Assembly (NCBI GenBank): GCA_010015805.1
Contig: ML978130.1
Coordinates: 434,001 to 498,000, forward strand
Source of the DNA: Rhizodiscina lignyota
Lineage: Eukaryota
Direction of reading: 5' to 3'
Length of the DNA stretch: 64,000 nucleotides
Under the pieces are notes generated by a model. It did not search any database. It was given only the letters and a program-made list of their open reading frames with translations, and was not told the DNA's origin. Of this stretch, positions 23,425-35,585 are shown piece after piece (the first letter of the stretch is position 1; every line of letters begins with the position of its first letter). The position numbers were made by a program, and so were the translations under genes.

Positions 23425-24806
23425 AGTGCCCGCTGTTGGGTCCGGCGAGGGCCAACTTGGATGGTCGTGATCTTCACCAGAGATGGACGATAGTTTTGGC
23501 CTCCCGTTGGTCAGAGTGCATCGACTGGTATGGGCGTATCGTACTCGTGAGTAAGCGTGCCTCAGGAACGCTCAGGCACGCAAACAAAAATGAATCGCCG
23601 GCGATGTTCTCACGACAGAAAATCTAAAAGACGACGGAAGGGAAGTAAAGAGGTCAAAGAATAGATGCAGTACATATGAAACGGCGGGTGGCAAGGACGC
23701 GCAAACAAGCGGGCTCTGCTATTGATAATATAGAATGCGCCCAAACCGCAGTACGGCGAAAGATGTCATATCACGGTGGCTGCCTCGTGGGATGCGACGC
23801 ACATGCTGGACTCGCGAGATCGGTGCCGGCACCTCGGTGGCACCACTGTTCTTTAAAAAGGACCCCAAATTCCGAAAATCCAGGGCTCTCGGTCTGGATG
23901 GAGCCTCTCCGCCTACACAATTGCTGCGATCATCCCAGAAGCGGAAGGGACCGCGAGTCACTTGCCGGAGCCGTCGGTTTGGACGATGTCAGAGGATCAT
24001 GCCAATGCCTGGGCACTTGGCGTGGCTCCAGATGGGGTACCTGTTGGCATGACTTGTCAAACTTTCGGCCCAATTAGCGTGCGTCGGCTGAATGATGTGA
24101 AGCACTTTGTCAAACATTGTAGCATGCTCTGCAACCTCGAGCTTTGACATAGTTCCTTACGGAGAGACATTGTGAAGCCTTGCTTGCATGGACACCATCA
24201 AAGTGGTGTTGGCGGTATGGGCAACCACTCTCGATGTCAGTCACCATTCGAGATTCAGCAAGCGCATACGCGATCTGTTGACCATGGCGTCAGGATCGTC
24301 GGCAGGATGCGGGACGTGGCGTTCTTCGAGACACTTCGCTCTTAGGGCTGTAGAAAAGGAGAGAAGGTGGTTGGAGGGTTCGAGTGCATTGCATATGAGT
24401 AAGACCGGGTCACAAGTTGTTTGGCTCATAAAAATAGGGCGATCGGCGCGGCCAGTGCGCTCGCCGAGCGAGCCCCGGTATACTTTGCCAAGCATTGTAT
24501 ATCAACTTCAATCACGGCAAAATGATGGATAAAGTATTGAGGTTTCAAGGACAGCCTCGACAGACATTGATTGAATCCTCTATACATGTTGGCCTTTCAT
24601 TGTGGAAAATGCTAAAGTTGCGCCAAAATAGGAACTGGACTCCGTAGCACCCCGCTATGAAAAAGCAACAAAGCTCTTCTGAGAATAATGACCGCTCTCG
24701 AGGAGCATGTGGGTGAGGAAGATGCGACGCTCTAGCAAGGTATAATGCAAATGTTCATTTGGCCTGAGAAGCTAGGCTGAACACATAATCAGATGCGACA
24801 CTGCAA

Positions 24807-26898
24807 TTAGGATGCATTATTCAACATCACCCATTTCTTTTCCTTTTCCTTCGGCCCTACACGTGCTGCGATTGTGGACAAAGTGTTGTTGATAGCATCT
24901 TTCGGAAGATTTGGGAATCTGCATGTCATGTTAGCCGCACAATGCTCAAGGATCGCATTGACTGCTGGAATATCTAGGCACTAAAGCTCTAGTGGGGCAA
25001 AAGCCAGGCATCGAGCAGGGATCGCTTACTTTTTCTTCAGAGCCTCGACAAGGGCGATCTTTGTCAGATCACTGCCTTCGACTTCCTTCTTGAATTCTTC
25101 GAGATGCTCTGCTGGTATCATTCTCTTGGCAGGCTTTGGCGCGGCAGCACTTGGTTTGGCAGTCTTGAATGAGCCTGTAAATTCCTCCATGACCTTTGAG
25201 TTTCCCCCATTCGGCTTAGCCTGCAATGGCACACGCAATGGTGGCTGCATGAGACCAGTCATGTCCGACTGAGCAGCTGCGGGATTCGGTGATTCCTGCC
25301 AATAAGCAGTGGAGAAGGGATCGATTGTTGTCAGAGCTGGGTCTGCAGTGCCCGTTAGTAATGGAATCTCATGGCCAAAGAAGGTGAACATACCCAGCAA
25401 AAATCCAAGTCGGTAGTCATGGAATGTATTTGGAGCATCAAATCCATCCGCGGACTTCATTACTCCCGTATCATCGGCCCAGCAAAGTCCACTACAATCA
25501 GGCTCCAGATCAGTCGTGATAAGCGCTCTCTTTGCACGAAGGGCATCATCTGCATCATCTAAGAAGCCTTCCATATCATCATCGCCTTCAAGTGAGTCTC
25601 CGTCTTCTTCGCCATCTGAGTCGATATCCTCACCTTCTTCCGGTTCTTCCCATTCTGCCTCGGAGTCGTAGTCATAGTCAGCATCCGGGCGGGCACGCAA
25701 AAGTGGATTTCGCGCAATCCTCCGTGTCTCAGTTTCTGATATAGGTTTGGTGTAAGTCCCAGAATATGGAGGGCGGACATCCTCATGGAAGTGTATGTAC
25801 TTCATAGGAATTTGCTTCAACATCTGCGTTGGCGTCTCGTTGATGAATGCTGATTCCTCTTCCGTGAGGTCTATTGGGTTTCCAGACGAGCCATGCAGAC
25901 GGCTGATGATATCTTTAACGGGAATATCAACGTATTGTTTCGTCTCTGACCAACTAGCCGCAACGCGCTTCTTTAGATCCTCGAGAGCCATTGCCACGGT
26001 TAGTTCAGAGCCTTCTTCGAGTGGCAGTGAGTCTAGACGCTTCTGAATCTCTTGAAGTTCTTCGTCGCTCTTTGCATAGGCCGGAGGTCGAGCCATGGCC
26101 GCATTTGATGGTAGAGAAAATGGAAGAAAGAATTGGTGATACTCGGACTTCGGGGGCTTGGAGGGCGATACGGAGGGCTGAAGAGTGCCGTCGCCGTCGT
26201 CTCCATTAATCGTCAGACCCTCGTCGGTGGTGGATTTTGGAGGGCTTTTCGGAGCTGGTGAGGTTTTCGGCATGAAAAAGGCGTTGAGTCTCAGCTGCGA
26301 CTGTAATCTAGTTGTCAGAATAGAGTACCTTTCTAAGGTTTATACGTTTCGTTCTGTTTTTACTCACCCTCTCTTTCTTCTGTTTCTCTTCTTCCTCCTT
26401 CTGTTTCGCACGCTCTTTTTCCTGCTGCTTTTGCTGAGTCTCAAACTCCTTTTGTTTCTTTTTCTCTTCCCTTTCAGCACGCTTCCTCTGCTTCTCTTCC
26501 TCTTCTACCCTCTTCTCTTCGTCACGCTTTGCTTTTGCTTCAGCGCGCTCTTTTGCCTTGGCTTCCTTCTCTTGGCGTTGTGCCTCCTTCTCAGCAGAGG
26601 TCAGCTTTCGTCGCTTCTGAGGTACGGCACCTGGGACGGCGTTGGTAGTTTGCAGGGCTGCATTCTGGCTACCTGAGACTGAAGTGAGGGAGGAGAGGGA
26701 AGGCGAGACAGCTCGTGTCTGTGGATCTGTAGTCTTGGAAGGACTACCAGTGAGAGAGAGAACCGTAAGAGGCGTCGATAGGGATGACGTTGAATTTAGA
26801 GAGGCCTTGTCTGCAGTCTCTGGTAGACCTTGGGTTTCTCCATCCTCCAGAGGGCGTTTGCGTGATGGCGACGACATTGGTGCTGGAACTTCAGCCAT
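24807..26898 (-). CDS. RLF2: Chromatin assembly factor 1 large subunit (Cac1/Rlf2/p150), 4 exons
   Basis: KER coiled region, PIP-like SQLRLNAFF, MKYIHFHEDVRPPYSGT, DYDYDSEAEWEEPEEGED acidic domain, C-terminal winged-helix-like LVEALKKK/FP...KKW. Confidence 0.93.
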
Positions 26899-27012
26899 CA
26901 CGACTGGATGATAGAGTGCGACAGGTACTTAAGACATTCAGTGGACTTGGGAAGTAATTGAGTGAGTGGTGACAGGATTGACCAGCTGGTAGTGTAATTG
27001 GTCGTGAGTGTG

Positions 27013-27060
27013 ACGCGTGAAGTTCGCGCTTGGTCGTGCGTTCGCGTTCGCAGAACGCGT
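27013..27060. promoter_or_regulatory. MCB elements in the divergent CAF-1/SPO11 promoter
   Basis: ACGCGT at 27013-27018 and 27055-27060, with two TTCGCG between them. Confidence 0.6.
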
Positions 27061-27176
27061 CGGGTTTGCCGACGATCTGCCGATTCTCCGACGGCAGACG
27101 GCAGACGGCGTCACATCTCAGTGCTGGCAATGGATGTGCTCATCGGATCATCTAATGCGTGCCGTGGGAGGCTGCA

Positions 27177-29008
27177 ATGGAGCTTGACGATGACATTGAT
27201 GAGCAGATGCTCTTTGAAGACACGCTCTTTGAAGACTCTTCACAACGATCGCTAACCACAGAGCTAACCGCATGGGAACAGCTTCCTGAGCAACTTCAAG
27301 GTTATCCTGAAGTTTCTCTTTCTAATTACGACCATGAATGTCTTTTCTTTGAATATGATCGACCTACCTCTAATCTTGATGATTTGACCCAGCTTTATCC
27401 AGTGGGTTCACAGAGTCACGACGCGAATGCCGACAGAACCACTGGCAAAGTGCAAGAAGCGGATTTGGAGATTTCTCGTATATCTTTGACCGCTGTCGAC
27501 AGACCTGTGTATGCAAGTTCGGGTCTGGCTGCGGCGTGCCAGCTGTTGGAGACTAACATGAGGTAGTAGGTCAACTATTGCTCGCATTGAAAATATCTTT
27601 GAATATCTCGCAAACTGTTTGACAAGTGGAAAGTCTCTTGGGATCAAATTGAAGAGAAGGGAACGAATATGCCAGTCGGAAGCAAACCAAACTGGTGATG
27701 CCAGGTTACCTTCACAGTCCTGGCAGATCGTACGGTTTCCTGGTCGTACGTTAGTCGAAGCGTGGAAGTTCTGTAAGCCTTCGCACGAAGTCATGAGTCC
27801 TCACTTCTTGCTAAGCTTCCACACAGCTGTCATTGTGCGAATCCTTGAGCTGATTCACGAATCATTGACTAAAGATGCTATCATAACAAAGCGGTGGGCT
27901 CAACATCTTGAGCTATCACAGCTAGCGGTACTGACGCTGATCATCTCAGTGACCTATACTATCGCCACCCTGCTTTGTTCGGCACTCAAGCTGTCGTTGA
28001 TCGATATGTTGATGACATTGCATGTACATTTGGCGTTCCGAGAGCGGCTCTCCATGTGGTACGCACTATTCATGTAGCATTCACGGAAAGGATAACTGAT
28101 GATGTCTTCCGCACAAGACCGCCGCGGCGAAGGGACTTGTTGCCGGCGCTTTTAATCTGTGCAATACGGACGGAACATTGATTGAGAGCGGCCTTAACCA
28201 CGAAGTATGACATAATGCAACGACCTTGCCGCACTCTGAGCTAATGGTTGGCAAGGGTATGCTTATCCGTAACTTCAAGAATGGAGAAACCGTCGACATG
28301 ATATCAGTCGAATGGATACTCGTGATAGAGAAAGAGGTAATGGCGCTTATCGCACTTTAGCTCCAACGCAATGCTAACGAGCCAGGCCACATTCCGAACT
28401 CTAGCCAGCTCTGATTTTTGGGATACCATTCGACGGAGGGCCATCGTATTAACTGTAAACTTATTGAGTCATAGCCTTAGCATTCACTAATGGTGTTTTA
28501 GGCAAAGGGATATCCAGATATTGCATCTCGCTCATTCTTGCGCCTCATCAGCTCTCCGTCCTTTCGCAACAGGTACTGCAGCCCACCAGTGTATGCCCTG
28601 GTTGACTTTGACCCTGACGGAATATCGATTTATTCGACGTACAAGTATGGATCGCTGGCGCTTGCCCACGAGAATCACAATCTGAATACCCCAGCGATGC
28701 AATGGATTGGGGTGAAGTCATCGGACTTGTTTTCCATTGCAGCCGAGGCGGATCTCCATGAGGCGGAAGGGCTGCTGCGACTCTCACTTCGGGACCGTTC
28801 AAAAGCTCAAAAGTTGATTGAGAGGCACATTGACTCAGAGAGTGATACTGATTCCGAGTTTATCTGCGAGCTGCAGACGATGCTCATGCTAAATGTGAAA
28901 GCGGAGATCCAAATATTGGAGGCGAAGGTCGGAGGGCTTGGCCAGTGGCTAGGGCGTCAGTCATTTGTTAAAGGTGTCATGCCTTCCTCACCGCTGCAGG
29001 ACGACTAG
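27177..29008 (+). CDS. SPO11: Meiotic recombination protein Spo11, 8 exons
   Basis: The spliced model stays in frame: TKRDLYYRHP (catalytic Tyr), AAAKGLVAG, VIEKEATF, KGYPD, VDFDPDG (Toprim), KAEIQIL. Confidence 0.95.
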
Positions 29009-29588
29009 ACTAATTTTTAATTTATACGATTTGCAAATTGTTCCTCACTGGACGTGGTATTGAGTGGGGTTTCCTCGGTTATTCAATGCGTAGCTCCGGC
29101 ACAGTGTGAATGGAAGATGAGGCTTTCAAGGCTTGGTGGAACAGCCACACAGTGCACAAGTTTTCATGTTCGAGTCTATCGCTACTTGGTGCAAACGCTG
29201 TATACATCAACAAAACTCAAGCTCAGCGCCAAGATCTCTTGCATGAGCAACATACACACGATAATTGTAGAAGACAGCGCGGGATACGGATTTTTCGGAC
29301 ATTCCAAAATCGGAGTTCATGCAATACAGGCGACACAGAGACCAACTTCCCATCACCAATACCTCAATGGACAATCCAACTCGATTACGCACGTTGCTTT
29401 CAGGTAGTGTATGTCCTTATTCAAAGCTATTCTATGTTAAGGTCGGCCTCGAGGAGGCTTCTGCCGTTATTTGACTGACTGTTATGTCACAGTTCGAACG
29501 AAGGAGAATCCCTTTCAACTTAATGAGAGTAGTCAATAGCCTCCCTGAACATCCTTCCAAAAAATCCCGACTTACCGCTGCAGACAAT

Positions 29589-30758
29589 TCATATCTTCAA
29601 GTTGGCTACCTTGATAGCCAGCACATCCGCCCGCTCCACTAGTGAGAGCTCTGCCAAGCCCTCCATCAGGCCCTCGAAGGTAGTAATGGTCGGAACCACC
29701 TGTCTCGACTTCGCTGACGCAGTGGGCCTGGCGGAAGTCTTTGCGGCCGAAGATTTACCTGCCGGACGACGTTTCGGCACCGGTTCTGCGTCCCCCATTT
29801 CCTCATCACTCTCCTCCGCAACGTATTTAGACCGAACCATGTGGTTTCCCTTCGAGGAAGCTTTGGGCTTAATGACGACCTTTGCCGAAGATGGATCCGC
29901 CTGTTGACGCTTTGGCATGGATCTAGCATCTTCCATCTCCACATCACGTGTTCCGGTAGTTTCCCACATGATGTTCTGGTTCCACAACCCGTGTTTCGAG
30001 TGATCGTACCCAATGGTATCGGCGAGCTTCGCCATTCCGTTCTTCGCTTTTCTTCCGCCCTTAGATTTCGGTGTCTTGCGAGGGGCAGACTTCTTTGGTG
30101 CTTGTTTGTGCGATCCTAGCAAATTGTCCAGGTTGTGTTTCTGAGACTTCAGCTTGGCTACCTCAAGGGTGCCACCGTTCTTGATAATGTCCTCAATCTG
30201 CTTCTGCAAGTTCTCCATCATCTTGCGAAAATGTTCGATCTGTTTCGGGGTGATTGTGAGGAGATCTTCCGGTGAGTTTTTCCAAGCTTTGATGTACCGG
30301 AAGCGTGCATCGAATCGTTTGTATCCTTCCGCGTCCTCTGCAACGGCTTCGACATATAGGGCCTGGAGGGCGCTGATATTCTTGTCGTGAAACTTTTGGA
30401 AGTTGATTACGGCCAGATTGTATCGTGTCTGGATATAGCCAAGAAAAAAGCTATGCTGTTTATCAAAGCGATTGAGAAAGATGAACTGAGTCTTGAAAGA
30501 GCTCTGCTTTGATGACTTCTTTGCAGTGTCGAAATCACCATCGAAGATTTCTTCGTCCAACTGCTTGCTCGCTCTAACAAAGGCGAAAGAGTGAGTATCG
30601 GGGACTTGGAAGGAACAGTCGACCCCGGCGACTGTTTCGGCATACTCGGGATCCTCTTCTTCTTCTCGTGGCTTCCGTGGCTTTGGTGTCTTTGGAGCAG
30701 TGTTAGGTGATGCGGGAGGCACACGACGGATCTTGGTCGTGACACGAAATCTAGGCAT
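29589..30758 (-). CDS. Hypothetical basic protein with an internal repeat
   Basis: Intronless 389-aa ORF with ATG in aaaATG context; no family recognised. Confidence 0.7.
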   Translation of the reverse strand: MPRFRVTTKIRRVPPASPNTAPKTPKPRKPREEEEDPEYAETVAGVDCSFQVPDTHSFAFVRASKQLDEEIFDGDFDTAKKSSKQSSFKTQFIFLNRFDKQHSFFLGYIQTRYNLAVINFQKFHDKNISALQALYVEAVAEDAEGYKRFDARFRYIKAWKNSPEDLLTITPKQIEHFRKMMENLQKQIEDIIKNGGTLEVAKLKSQKHNLDNLLGSHKQAPKKSAPRKTPKSKGGRKAKNGMAKLADTIGYDHSKHGLWNQNIMWETTGTRDVEMEDARSMPKRQQADPSSAKVVIKPKASSKGNHMVRSKYVAEESDEEMGDAEPVPKRRPAGKSSAAKTSARPTASAKSRQVVPTITTFEGLMEGLAELSLVERADVLAIKVANLKI

Positions 30759-31270
30759 TTTGCGGATTGTTGGCTGGATGCTGTCGAACGTGTCTGGTTA
30801 TCGTGATGAATTATCTGGGTTGGTGTGGTAGTTGTAGAAGAATAGAAAGTTAAGGGAATATATACTACTATGTGCCTACCGTTGCGACACTCGCCAATGC
30901 GTTAGATCATGTTGAGAAACCGTGAAAGTTGAAGACCTTGATAACACATCTTGGAGCTGACACTGTTGAGTGGATCACTAGATCTAAATACGTTCGAAAG
31001 TAAGTAGCTCCTGTGTACAGTCGACTGGATCCTCCTCACACAAGGGGCTTATGTGTTTGATGTAGGGATATACACTCATGACTCGGCGAGTAGCGCGAGT
31101 CCGCTCGAGTAAGGTTGACCGTCTCAATGAATGCACATGCTAAAGTGAAGGCAACATATATAATTGCACTCCGCTTACGATCCAAGTAACTCCATGAACA
31201 GGTGAGGTCACCCCTGACCTCGAGATTTGGACTTTGGGCTAGGCAGCGTGCGGCCATAACAGCACATATC

Positions 31271-31557
31271 ATGTCTCCCAGCGAGTGTTCGGCCGCTGTA
31301 CAGTACGTGGAATGCGGTGGAGTCGTTCACTATCTCACAAAAAAGAGTGAGTACCCATTGTTTGTGTCTGTGGTCATTTCCCCTCTTTTCATTTTTATCT
31401 TTACTATACAATAGATCGCGCTCGATTCGAGAGTGACAAGAGCAGCCGCGGGGGGGCCGTCGAGGCTGCGTTCGCTGACATCGAAATGCGATGGCGCCTG
31501 GAGTTTAGGATGACATATGGAACTTTTCATATGCGCAAAGATGGAACAAGAAACTAG
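31271..31557 (+). CDS. Possible 72-aa spliced small ORF
   Basis: A GTGAGT donor at 31347 and a pyrimidine-rich TAG acceptor at 31414 join an open frame. TATATAA lies about 110 bp upstream. No clear branch point. Confidence 0.25.
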
Positions 31558-33539
31558 ATGTGACAAAGGGGTTGTCAGTGCATGAAACAAAGGACCTTTG
31601 AGAGAAAGTTAATCGAGTCCATCGATTAATCGCGCGGTCGATACGTAGACAAAGAAACGAATATTTTCTGTATAACCAGGCATTAAGCACAATAGTACCC
31701 CATGGCCAGCTCTTGCACTTGAGAGATGCGCAGTCAAGAGAAAACACATTTGCGAGTGAGCTGGATTATTGTGTGGTAGGAAAATGAGAGAGTTTCGATG
31801 AAGCGGGTTTTCCACAAGCAGAGGAGCAGACCCACTCCAGCTCGAGGCAAGGCCGGGGTGATTCGGTGCGTTCGTCTTGGCATTCGGTCCGATGATGATC
31901 CCCGCCGCTGCAGTAAACTGCGAACCTCTCACTCCGCAAACCCGCGCGTCAACCTTTCACTCTCGCGCTCATGCGCGCGCGGCCGCACCACCGCGTTCCG
32001 CCGCTGCGGCCGTCGATTACAAGTACACACAGTGGAATATGAGACAGCAGAACATATACGAGCATAGTCAGCTGCAGATGTAGAGTGCTTGCGGCCAAAT
32101 ACATGGATTTTCAGGACTTCACGCAAGCCACGCGAGCGGACTCAAATCCCAATTGAACTCAGTCTCCGCACGCAGGGATATCCACGACTCCGACTTGGAG
32201 ACTCCAATGGAATATGTCTCTCCGTGGATACTACGGGCGCAACGAAGCAAGGGAAGCAACCACAATCGAGAACATTTCCAATTCGCGTAAATCCAACCGG
32301 CAGACCCCCCTTTTCATCACATTTAACCTCTGCGTCCAAGTGAAGCTTAGCCTCTGGCTTAGCGGTTTTAACGAGGTGTATCCCTCTTCGCTAATGCAAG
32401 CTCGATCACAGAAAGTGAAGCTATTAGAAAATGTCAATCAATGTAGAGGGGCTAGCACTGATGATTTTTACTTGTTGGCGTAAGAGGTGGGAGAGGAATG
32501 CCTGTGATTGTACCCAACCTGCACATGCAAGTCCGGCCTAGCTTATAACTGACAGATTCCAATGGCACATCTACCTATCTGGCGAGGCCACTCGAGAGCG
32601 AAGTGCGTTGAAAAAGCATGTCTCAAGATAAGGTTCAAGATTTATTGCCTGCGGATATCGCAGTACGATAGCACAGCTGAAATACAAGGCTTTCATAGGT
32701 CTTTACAAGCGTGATGAGCGATCGGCTTTGTTCGATTGAACTCTCTAATTGTCACCGGTGAAGTTAAACGTCATGTCAATCGACAGTTTCGCCGGAGCGA
32801 TTTGGCTGTTATATCGTATATGCGTAACTGCGTGGTATGGACGTCTGAACACGAGACATCTTGTCCTGACTCACGACTCTTGACACATTTCTAATTTGTG
32901 CTTCGCATTACTTACATTGTTAGATCTCATTACGATAACTATGAATAGTCCACATATCTGAGAGTTTTGTTTCAAGTCCTAACGGCTGCCGCTTGAGGAA
33001 TTCGCTAAGTCGGTCCGGAAATAATCCAAATGGGGGCCGTTTATCCCAATGTTTTAGCGACTCTCCCAATGCCTTGAGGATTCTTTGCAGGTCTTTTGCA
33101 TCACGAACTGGACACCGCGCCTCCGTCCGCATTCGGATTAAGTTGTGAGCACGAAGAGCTACACACATTGCAAGCCATTCACTGACGCATTCAGGCACGG
33201 TACTTCCACTAATGCACGTTGATGACGCCTCAAATTAGCAATCCACTGTTTCCACCCCGATGCACAAAGCTCTTGTCCATTTTGCGAACTGGACCAACCC
33301 GTTACTGTGGGTGCTCAAAAGCCCCCATATCCAATATTTCCTTATCCTTGGCTGCTTGCTCGCCAAAATCCATGGCTGCTGACATGTGCATGACCACATT
33401 CAACTCTAAGACAGCTGTAGTCGCACAGGGTCTGAAGAAACTCACAGGAGATAAGGCAAAATATATGTTCCTTCTCTCGGCGTTCTTCGTCCTTTTCTAT
33501 TAGTCCTCCAAGTGCCGCCATTCTTCTCAATATCAAGCA

Positions 33540-34455
33540 ATGTATTCCTTGCGGATCCTCTTAGCAATACTATCATTGCAGATCGTTTCCATCTCGGCAC
33601 TCTGTTACTACCCAGATGGGACTCTTAGCAATGATCTGGCGTGCAATCCTAATGCTACCGCGAGTACTTGCTGTGGAAGGGGACAAGTTTGCCTGAGCAA
33701 CGGAATTTGCACCTTCAGAAACGTATCGGGGTCGGCAATATACAACCGTGGTAGCTGCACAGATAAGAATTGGAACTCTTCAGAGTGCCCTCAATTCTGT
33801 ATAAGCAGTATGGATTCCGTTGCTGTCCATGCAATGCTCTTACTGACTTCTCACAGACAGCCCTGGGGGTGGAGCGGGCATGTATGCGTGTAACAGTGGA
33901 CATAATTTCTGCTGTGATACAAATGGCGTGTACCAAGGATGCTGTGCAGACTCCAATAACTTTCTCGAACTCTCACCAGCCACTTCCAGCGTCGCAGTGG
34001 GAGTGATCATGACAGCGACCTCTTCATCCACATCTTCCAGCGCGACCGCAACCCATAATACGACCTTTACCACTTTTTCACCAACAGGAGCCTCATCGAC
34101 GTCAAAGTCATCAGACAACAATCACACCACTGCCATTGCTGCAGGAGTTGCTGTTCCTGTTGGCGTCCTACTCATCGCTGCTGCAGGCTTCTTCATCTGG
34201 TGGCGCAGACGAGCTAGTAAGCGAAATGGGCGGCCCCAGCTACCTGAAACTTACGCAGGAAACCCACCGGGATATGATCCATCACAACCACAGCCCGACA
34301 ACTACATGACTATGTCACCTGGAGGCAGCACTTGGACGCCTCAGACGGACGATCACTATTATGCAAAAGTTGCACCGGAGCCACAGCAGCCGCCTCAGGA
34401 ACTTCCAGCGCACACAGAATTACAAGAGTTGGATAATACTCCGAAGCGACAATGA
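33540..34455 (+). CDS. Cell-surface single-pass protein: signal peptide, Cys-rich domain, Ser/Thr stalk, TM (Mid2-like architecture)
   Basis: CYYPDG...CC...CLSNGIC...RGSCTD..W.S.ECPQFC; one intron at about 33808-33856; AIAAGVAVPVGVLLIAAAGFFIWWRRR; PQEL tail motifs. Confidence 0.85.
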
Positions 34456-34849
34456 TATTGGGTGCGAACCAACTTTAATTCGCTTTAATTTACTTTCAAG
34501 AAGCTAAAATTCTCACTACTACCTGTCACTCTATCATTATTGAGTATACAGACCGATTCCATTGGCTGATCTATGCGTTCCAGCGTTTCCTTGGCACGTC
34601 CAGAGCTTAAATACTATAGTGTTTCCAACTGCAAGAGTGTCTCTCTCCTCCTTGGTTCGAAGACCATGCCAGCGACTGTGATTGGTGAAGACAAACTAGC
34701 GGGAATCGGATCTTGATACGGTTAGCTCTCCTGCGGAGCGGCATCTACAAATCTCTCCGTCCCGCAAACGGGGTCGATGACTGTTCTTTTGTTTTAGAAT
34801 CTTTCACTTGGATTTATTCACATCCATTAAAGCGTTAATCACCTCCAAC

Positions 34850-35585
34850 ATGGCGCCAGAACCACAATGTATGTGCTCACCCAATGCCTTGCTGCGCTTC
34901 GATGCTGACCTTAATAGTGCCCTTAAATTTTGGCATGCTCTTATTTCCTGGGTTCCAAGCTCTTGATGTCTTTGGCCCGCTGGACTGTTTGAATATCTTG
35001 TCACAGTCGCACAAGATGAATCTCTCAATCATCTCCCAAACACGTGGGTCAGTCTCAACTGAACCACCAGAGTCGACGGGCCTGAATGTCCTTCAATCGT
35101 TCAACCAACATGTACTGGCGACTCACAGCACAGACGATGATGCGCCCGTAGATGTACTGCTTATCCCCGGAGGTTTGGGTCTCAGGGCTCCCGAGGCTGA
35201 ACTGGCACCGTATGTTGAGTACATCAAGAAAGTCGGGCCCCGATGTCAGTATATCATAACCATCTGCACTGGAGCCCCTCTTCTTGCAAAATCGGGAGTC
35301 TTGGATGGGAAGCGCGCGACTACGAACAAGGCTGCATGGAGATTTACGGCCTGGGGCCCAAAGACCGATTGGATTGCTAGAGCAAGATGGGTCCAAGATG
35401 GCAACATTTGGACTGCTGCGGGTGTGAGCGCAGGTATCGATGTCACACTAGCGTGGATTGGTACTGTATATGGCGAGGAGACCGCGACAGCTGTTTCAAA
35501 CCGAATGGAGTATAGAAGAGCTACGGACTCCACAGATGATCCATTCTCGGCGCTGCATGACTGTCAGGATGTTCCGGCGCAATGA
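34850..35585 (+). CDS. DJ-1/PfpI family protein (isocyanide hydratase-like), 2 exons
   Basis: FPGFQALDVFGP, DVLLIPGGLG, nucleophile ICTG, LDGKRATTNK, WVQDGNIWTAAGVSAGID. Confidence 0.92.

Noticed and set aside
23425..24800. Overlapping short ORFs and a GGTGCCGGCACC palindrome in a long intergenic region
   Set aside because: No coding motifs; a single short palindrome is not enough evidence for an ncRNA.
30800..33500. Telomerase RNA candidate in the long gene-poor interval
   Set aside because: No TAACCCTAA-type template seen on either strand.
32920..33536. Minus-strand short ORFs that look like a decayed gene
   Set aside because: No recognisable motif or consistent splice model.
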